64,000 nt of DNA from Botryllus schlosseri (Eukaryota). This document shows positions 53,601 through 62,600 of this stretch, piece by piece (position 1 is the stretch's first letter; the number at the start of each line of letters is the position of its first letter). Below the pieces are notes generated by a model. The model made no database searches. It had not been told where the DNA came from and saw only the letters and a program-made list of their open reading frames with translations. The stretch spans positions 5,952,001 through 6,016,000 of the forward strand of contig CM119386.1 of assembly GCA_051294905.1 (NCBI GenBank), written 5' to 3'. Made by a program: the position numbers and the translations under genes.

Positions 53601-56600
53601 TCACAATATTCTACTGATTCTTTATTTCATAACCCCGTTCAGTAAACTTTCGTAAATAAACTACGAGATTATAGCCTAATCAATCTATGATCACTCACCA
53701 CATAAATGCCTTCGCAAACAAAATTGTGTGGTAGGGTAACAATCAGACGAGGTGATGAATGATTTCCTCCTCCGGCAAATGTCATAGTTATCGGGTACCC
53801 ATGTTCGTCCGTCGTAGCGTTGATGTTCGGCTCGACAAAGTGAAAATCAGACTCTGCTAATCTGTAATCGCTTTCGCAAAGCTCTCGGTCAAAGCCAAAC
53901 GACACCGGCCGCGTCCCGTCGCCCCAATTCATGAGCACACACGGTTCCGAGCTTATCTGTAAAGTATTCAAGACAAATTTCCATGAGGTACGCGAGCTTA
54001 AGAAATTTACAAGTAACAGAGCGTTTTGTCTATTTGATGGCGCACATACAGCCTTCAAGCCAGGGGATTTCAACCTAATAGTGGGCCCTGATGCTGTTTT
54101 CAGTCGGACATAGAGTTTGCATGGTATACAGTGATATCAGAAATCATGTTATTATGGAAGTATAAGAGAAGTACATAGCAAATAAGATAGACCTATAGAT
54201 ACGTTTGAAACTTCAATTTTGCTTACAACACTTAACCCTTTTGAAAAGACTATTCCAGATCTAGACCAGGGGTGGCCAACCTTTTCGGCCCAAGGGCCAC
54301 ATGAGATTTACGAACCATTACGCGGGCCACTTGAATGTTGATGACCTTTTTTAGTGGTGCGATTGGAGCGAACCAGATTAGCTAACGTTGAAAACAATAC
54401 AATTTCTCATTATGTTCAGTGAGCACGTAATAGATGACAGCATCTGAAAGGATTAGATTTTTCATATTCATTCAGAAATTTTTCAGAGCGAGAAGTGAGT
54501 TGCCAAAGCATACTTAGGTACCCTGAAAACATGTAGGCACTTTGTTACCTCTGGGCAGACTTGTAAAAATCTACCGATATATTTGGTTTTTCAAGTAGTT
54601 GTAGTTCTAGTTGCGCATTAAAAAGTAGTTGAGAACAACTTGAAAACACATGTCGTCATTCTATACCAATGTTATGCTGTTTGATGTTCTTACAGCCATT
54701 ACAATCTCAGAGCCATCAGTACTACCAGTGGCCAGTGGTGGGTTTTGGGGTCGAAACCCCTCCCATCTCAAACTCGAACCCCATCCTTTTGAAATGCCGA
54801 TTGCATCTACGATATCTCTAATCACATTTGAAATTCAAGAGCTTCTTGGAACTTCAATATACAATTGAATACTATATTCATATTGAAATGAACCCGAATA
54901 TTTTCGACTGACACTCGTCAGGGGTAATCGTCAGCAACTAGTAGAGAATTGGAAAGAACATTGTATATCAACAATCGTATCACAAAATATGACGTCACCA
55001 GCCTGAAATTTCAAACGAGAGAGCGTCCATTAATTCTGCCATCGGCAAACATCTATTAGATAATCCGATTTGTGCGAATAATCATCAAGACGACAGATTT
55101 CGCCTTGTTAGGAGGGGCCGTTCACACTTCCATTTGTGTGCCTTGGAGTCGACTTTTATCAAAATACACCAACCCAAACTATGTCAACAAAAGGAGTTCA
55201 TGTACCACCTTAAAATAGTACATTGAACGCTCTCTCGTTTTAAATTTCATGCTGGTGACGTCATATTTTGTGATACGATTGTTGATATACAATGTTCTTT
55301 CCAATTCTCTACTAGTTGCTGACGATTACCCCTGACGAGTGTCAGCCGAAAATATTCGGGTTTATTGCAATATGAATATACTATTCAAATGTGACATATT
55401 AAAACATGACTTCACAATTCGCTGGGGCAAAGGCTCCTTTCGCTGCCTGGTTACACGCCTGCTTACTTCTCAAACTTCTATAAGCTCCTTCCCAACGGCA
55501 TGCACCCCTGTATAACGTGTATTCACGATATACCGCAGCACTTGGGTTTTATGTGTGTATTATCATCTTCTTCCTATGATCTGATTCTAGTAGATTGCGT
55601 GTGTAAGTTAATGCGTATTTTTCCTTGATTTACCGAGCTTCACCTATTATAAAGGCCTGGTCAACTTGGCGCAACGTGTGTCTTGTACACACAGACGCCA
55701 TGTTCACATTGATATTGTTGTTGATCCTCCCCAAGACGTGTTTATTGAACCAATTACAAATCTGTATGTATGTATTATTTTAGAACAACACATATGTATG
55801 TCACACACTACCTGTGCATTATCAAAGTAACACTGCTTATCGATATTTCTCACTGCAAGAATGAGGTATCTGATATTATCTTAGTTCGACTGATACAATA
55901 TAGGGAATATATTTTCAATAAATTGAGTTATTAAAATAGTACATTGAACGCTCTCTCGTTTGAAATTTCATGCTAGTTACGTCATATTTTGTGATACGAT
56001 TGTTGATATACAATGTTCTTTCCAATTCTCTACTAGTTGCTGACGATTACCCCTGACGAGTGTCAGACGAAAATATTCGGGTTTTTTTCAATATGAATAT
56101 ACTATTCATTTGCAATTCAATAATTCGTCTCAACGGTGCCAAGTTGAGAAGAATTGAATCTGGTTAGTCGAGTTTTAGTTAGTTAGGCGTTAGTTCTAGT
56201 TTTGAATTTTGAAAAGTGAGTAGTTCTAGTTGCGTATTTTGAAAATGAAGTAATTTGTACAAGTCTGATCACGAGCCCAGATCATTCGCCACCTAGCAAC
56301 GGCGGCTGGCATAGTTTCACAATCACCTGATGGATAGTAAGGCTGATATTCGAGGTGTAGTTTGCCAGCGGAGGTTCGGCTTCCTCAATTTTCGTTGCCC
56401 GTACCGTCTCTTGCGTATGAAACTCCATTTTTTCGGTCAGCGAGCTCACTGGATTTGAGGCTTCGACATCGATAACGTGTCTGCCAGCGCTTTCCCAGCG
56501 GACGAACAAAATGGACTGCATTGGACTTTGAACGAGCGGAGATTTGTCGAGACCCATGGTGATGCCGTTACTGAAATGGATTTTTAGTTTACAGGTGTGA

Positions 56601-59600
56601 AATGACGCGTTAAGTTGACTCGTTTCGAGGGTTGAAAAAGTTTAATGGAAATAGGAGTAGCAAATAGCGTTGTCCAAAAATAACTTTCTCATTAAATTTC
56701 ACTTGCATAGTAATTAAATTGTTTGATTGCCTAAAAAAAACGCCCCACACCAAGTTTGTCTCAATTCCGAACAGTAGAACCTGTGCAACCCGAATTTGAA
56801 ATATAGACTATTTTTTGAAATAATAATATTTATGGTGGAAAATTTTGTTAATTTGCAATGAACAAGCATTATGTGCTAGACATGTCTAATAAGACACTGA
56901 TGCTTTTTTTCGTGTATTTTCAGGCAATCCAACAAAAATTATTTACTATAGAAGTGAAATGTGGAAGAAAACAAGGTTATTTTTAAAACAACACTCATAG
57001 TCATGGAAAGGTAACTTAACACATGTGCACTATGTCATCAGAGCAAAATAACATGTGTCACAGTATCAAAACAGCCAATGTTATAGGGTGGTTATTTTTT
57101 GACATGTCAAAAAAAGTCAAAATTAGGTTAAAATTGCAGCGTTAGGTCAAAAATTGTCAAAATTGTCGACAAAGTCAAAATTTATTTGCAACCTGCATTT
57201 CGTTTATATTGTAGATATTTGCATTGTCGGTGAACTTATCATTTTGACATTTTACAACTTGTAGCCTGCTTAACAGGCCTACCGATGTAGACGGCCCATT
57301 GTCTGCTCATTGTGAATCATAAACGCTCATATTAAACAGATAGGTTAATATAGTGTTATGCTCAACGTACCGCAATATCCTAACTGATTTTGCGGCAACT
57401 GTAGGTACGGCGCATCTGTTACTTTAGTTTTCCTTTTCGAAATGGCTAACGTGTCAGATACACACTACAAAGTTGGCATTTACATGTGAGGGTTTCCAAG
57501 AGAGTTTCACAAGCACCGAAATGGCCAACTGTTTTGTGTCTTGTGACAAGCGTTTTAGAGTAGAAAGCCATCGATCTTCAGCAAAACATCAACGACTGCG
57601 TACTACCGACACAATGACCCCAAGACAGTCTTTCATTCCAAGTTCAAAGACTGACTTTAAGAGCAAGTTAGTTGAGGCCTTTCGCCTCGTTGCAATCTTA
57701 CAGTCTACTATGTATTATGTCTTGTACTTCTATACTGCTACGTTCTAGTTCTCTACAGGCGATGCTTGTCCTATCTGGTTATCTAACTAATCTTGAACTT
57801 CTTGCTGCAAGCATAACAGACAGTTAAGAACATATGAAACGGCTTACAAAAAGGATGTGAGTTTTATTCGTAAGAAACTATAGCAACGAACATTTTGCTT
57901 TCAACAACTTTTTGACACCAAAACACACTGAAAATAATAATAATAAGAATTTCGTACCACAACAAATTTTAATTATTTCTATCATAATGGGTGAGGTACC
58001 TACTGGAATTATTTATAGGTCCAGATTTTGTTAAAATAAAGTTTTTTCATGTAAAAATTGGTCAGTTTTCAAGTCTAAAAAGTATTTTCAGGCCAAACAA
58101 CCTCGTAACGACAGACAGTTCCAACCAGAATTGAAGATAAGTAGTACAATTCTAACATTATGTAGTAAAACACCTAATTTGCATACATTAGGTCAAAATT
58201 AAGTTTTTCAAGGTCAAAAAATGTCAAAATTTTGAATTTCTAGGTCAAAATCTTTCTTTTTTAGGTAAAAAAACGCCATAGAACAGGGAGGTATTCAAGA
58301 TATTAAGTTCTTGTTAAGTAGTTGGTATTAGAGTTAGCCTGGGTTACGCATAAGGCCATGTCATAAGTAGTTATTGGTCAGGCTAGCTTGTGTTAGTGTT
58401 ACGGTTAGGCCGTTCTGTGCGGCCAGCGAGAGTCTAAAAATAACTAATTAAAAATATTGATAGATAGCGTACTAAAAATCGAAATAATGCAGGGTTTTGA
58501 TTAACGTTTTTCTTAGTATACTTCACTATGATAATTCTAAGGCAGTGGTTCTCAAACCCCCCCCCCCCGGGGCGGAAAAGCGGGCGCGAAGCTGAGCTCA
58601 ACTGAAAATTTTTCTTGCGCTTTGTATCCAATTAAAGAGTTTTGCTCTGTATTTAATCTGAAGTTCATATTTAAAATTCTCACATCAACAGTCGTGACCT
58701 TCCAAACCCTCAAACTGTCCGTTAGGTTTGTTAAGCATCATGGTTGCGTTTTGTGATATGACGATAAAGGGTGCGCGGAATCTTTCACCATCATAAGCGG
58801 GGAAGAGGCGTGTCTTAAAAAGTTTGAGAACCACTGTTTTAAGGTGAATGCTAGGGTTAGTTCGGATATCAATAATTTTCACTATCCGGATAACGGATAT
58901 ATCCGTATATTTGGCATTTAGCTAACCGGTTAACCGGATAATAACTGTTAAGTGAGACAATCGATTTCACGAGGTCTGCATGAAAAATGGATCGAAAAAT
59001 CATTGCACAGTGTTTTGTAGATCTACAAGTACACGCGCAGTACGAGCGAATACGAGAAAAATCACGCAAATTGAACGCATGCCAGGCCCGAGACGCGATT
59101 ATTACGCCAGCGACGAACCGATGATATCTTTCGTGCCATGCCTATTGCTGATGGGGTTGTGTAGGCCAGCGATAATATCGAGAGCACAAAGTCAATGCAG
59201 ATGTGATTGCGCAGGCCAGTTATGTTATAGTGTCCACAGGGCCTATTGCAGATGCGATTCTGCCGGCGGAACTATAGGCTTGTTAACCGTTTGGCGCCGG
59301 CGTGGGTATTTTTACCCATTGCCGGTACGAGGGAAGCGTACTGTAATAGAACCACTATATATCCCGTTCTAATCGTGCTAGGTCGCTGCTGTTCATTTCT
59401 GTGGATAGATATTGTTTGTGCAAGTTCATTGATAACATATTATTTGATATATATTATATCTAAGACGTCGAAATCGGTTATCAATTACCGTAGATAAATA
59501 TGTTGCAAAATACACTGTCTCGGCAACGCGCGCGTCATTGACCACTATCACATAACGTACTGTATGTTTTGTTCTAGCCGTCTTAGAGCATAGTTGTTTC

Positions 59601-62600
59601 TTTCTGTGAAAAGCTAGTGTCCATACAAGTTCACACATATCTTCATATCTGATATTAGTTACATATAAGGTGTTCAAAATCTATGTGATAGGCCGCGTGA
59701 CAAAGATATCCGCCGACCGCATCATTTCGCGGAAACGCGCGTTCCCGATACCCATCATATACCCTGTCGTATATTTGGTTGTATTCGTCATAGCCAGTTG
59801 TTGTAGTTTGTTTCTATGAATAGCGCTTGTCAGCTTCTGATTTTCTTGCTAAAACAACTATACTAGTTATGTCTGCATCGCTCAAGGTTTCATTTGAAAA
59901 TCGGGAAGAGAATTCTCGCAGCCTACCGTACCAGCTTTCAAGCAGATGGATGAATACTGGTCACATAACGGGATATATATCGAGTTCTAATAGTGATATA
60001 CCTTCATAGATTGTGTCTGTGAATAGTTGTTGCCTATACGATTCTAAATAATGGCTAATAGTCGAATATAATTCGGAATAAATACAATATTACTCAGCGC
60101 ACATACCTGTGCAAAAGTGTGCATCTGGATATACAAAGAGCTGACGTATAACGATATATATCTTACGTTGTAGTAATGAAAGGCATTTGCGGATTGTCTC
60201 TTTCAATAGGACTAGCCAATCTCCACCTTCAAGGCCAAAATAAACAACATTAGTTATGCCTATGTCACCCCAAGGCCGCTTCTGAAAATCGTGAAGAGAA
60301 TTCCTGCAGACTACCACAATAGTGTCAAACGCAGGGACGAATATCCGTAACATAATGTGTTATATCCTGAATTTTATCGGTAGTTGACATTCTTAGATTG
60401 TTTCTGTGGAGAGTACATGCCCATAAGATTATATCTACATCAGACTAACAGCTAATAGTGATGTATATATGGCAACAAGACCAATTCTACACGCTGTGTA
60501 TTCCGCGCAAACGTGTGTATCATGTTTGTATGAAGTGCTACCAACTAACGTCATAAACCTTACCTAGTAGTAAGATATGCGTTTGTGGTTTGTCCATATA
60601 GTTAGGTCTTGACAATCTCCGTTTATCAATACTAAAGTGACCCATTTACGTGCTCTATAAGCTGTGTAAATGCCCTGGAAGGCTACGCTACATAATAAAT
60701 ACACGCGCGTCACTCGCTCACTCGCCGATGACTCATTCACTCTGCGGCCTGGTGCGTGTTTATTGTGCAAACCGTCAGTACTGTATCTGTTGCATAATGG
60801 CGATATTAGGGCGTATTAGATCGACTGAGCCATCTCCATGATCATGATTTCCTCGCCGATATGATTCACAAGAAGCCTATGTCACCATATATCCATGTTA
60901 AGGTGTATAAAGAGTGCAGTAAATGTAATACGGTTCTCATCAACGAATTCTCGGCTTGCTCTTGATATGAGCGGCCAGACACAGGCCTCAAAATGAATTT
61001 GAGTGGCGCAATTGGACCCGCGTTGACGTTCTGATTCGAACGACACCTTGGCTACCGTGTTCCAATCCCATTAAGGTACAGTTTTTCGTTTTTGAAAATT
61101 GAAGCAAAATTTATCGAAAATTGCAGCCGGTGCCAATCGGTTAAAGACTCGATAAAACAGGGCAGCAACGATAGCCGGGCGCGCGGCAATCAATGACCTA
61201 ATTTGGCGATCTTCTCAGCGGGAGATTGCATCGCGTTACATTGTGCACAGACGTATCTCGTTAATTGGCAACACGCTTCTCGCTTATTGGCCGCGCGCAA
61301 CACTGATAATACGACTTATCAAAGCTTTGTTTGTTTTTGGGGTATTCATGGTGTTTGTCGACTACTATCGTCATTTACACCAGGCCGATATTCTTCTTAT
61401 TTTTTCCGTAACTGCCGACTTATAGCACGGCCCACCTCTAGGCTTTTGTAAGACACCGCTGACGCGGATGAGGTGGCGAGGAGGAGCCTAGGTAAACCTC
61501 CAACACTTAGGTATCGGAATTCTGAAGTCGACCTCGGTCGGACCCGAACCCGCACCCATTAGTGTTGCAGCCGCGGATTATACCACTGCGCTATCTCGCC
61601 ACTTATTAAAGCTTACTAAAACGTGTAAAACGCATTATCAGCGATACTATTTTATCCGGTTAACCGGCAGAATTATATCCGGATATCAGATAACAAAAAA
61701 AAGCTGCGGTTAACCGGATAATCCAACCCTAGTAAATACTTCCCATGTTATTTTTTACGTCTATTTTTGGCGCAACAGCCCGATCTCAAGGCCCACGCAG
61801 TTTGAAAGGTTTCAACTACTAAACATCACAGAAATCCTAAACGAGATTGGCATAATTCGAATCACGAGTGTGATTTTAGATTGGCCACTCCCGTTTTAAT
61901 TATTTAGGTGATGTACTTATAAAAAAATGATTCGCGCGTGCCTTAGGTCTATTCGTTCTCTGTGTGCGTAGAATTAGGGTATTCATATTTTATCTGCACA
62001 TAGTAGAAGCGTGACTGAAGCTAACATGGTTATGATGCTATCATCATTGTGTGTCCTGGAACTGAACCAAAAGTGGAATTAGTAAGTCCAAGAACAGATC
62101 ACTGTTCACAGATTTAAATTTCAATCCTGTTCTAAGTATCGGGACAATCGACTTTCATCTCTATGGTTTTGACGAATTGGTTATTGAGGTCGAGCAGCCT
62201 ATGAAATCTCGCAACTGTTTCTGACTCGTGTACGATATCATCAAAGCAATGCTTGGTTTATTCTAAACAAGCATATATATTATCTCCATGTCCGTCCTAT
62301 ATGATCAAATAGCAATATTGCATTTTGGGTTTATAATCCCAATTTGTATATGCGGCCCGCAGATGGATTCAGATGTTGAATGCGGCCCGCGAGCTCAAAA
62401 GTTTGCCCACCCCTGCGATAAGGAATAAGGCTTATCGTTGGGTTAAGCTAATAGGTCAGGTTCAGGTTAAATTGGATTGTTTTGAATGTTGAATTGGCTT
62501 ACAAAATAATCAATGTCTGGAAGCCTGAAAGAAAATATTTCTATACCTTACTAACACATTTCCATTTTCAATACCGAAATTTCGTTCTGTATTATACCAT

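Larger units (their letters stand above)
54556..56267. mobile_element. TAGTTCTAGT-rich TIR element that encloses the hammerhead cluster
   Basis: 15-bp TIR CAGACTTGTA(A/C)AAAT with 1 mismatch; no clear TSD. Confidence 0.5.
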
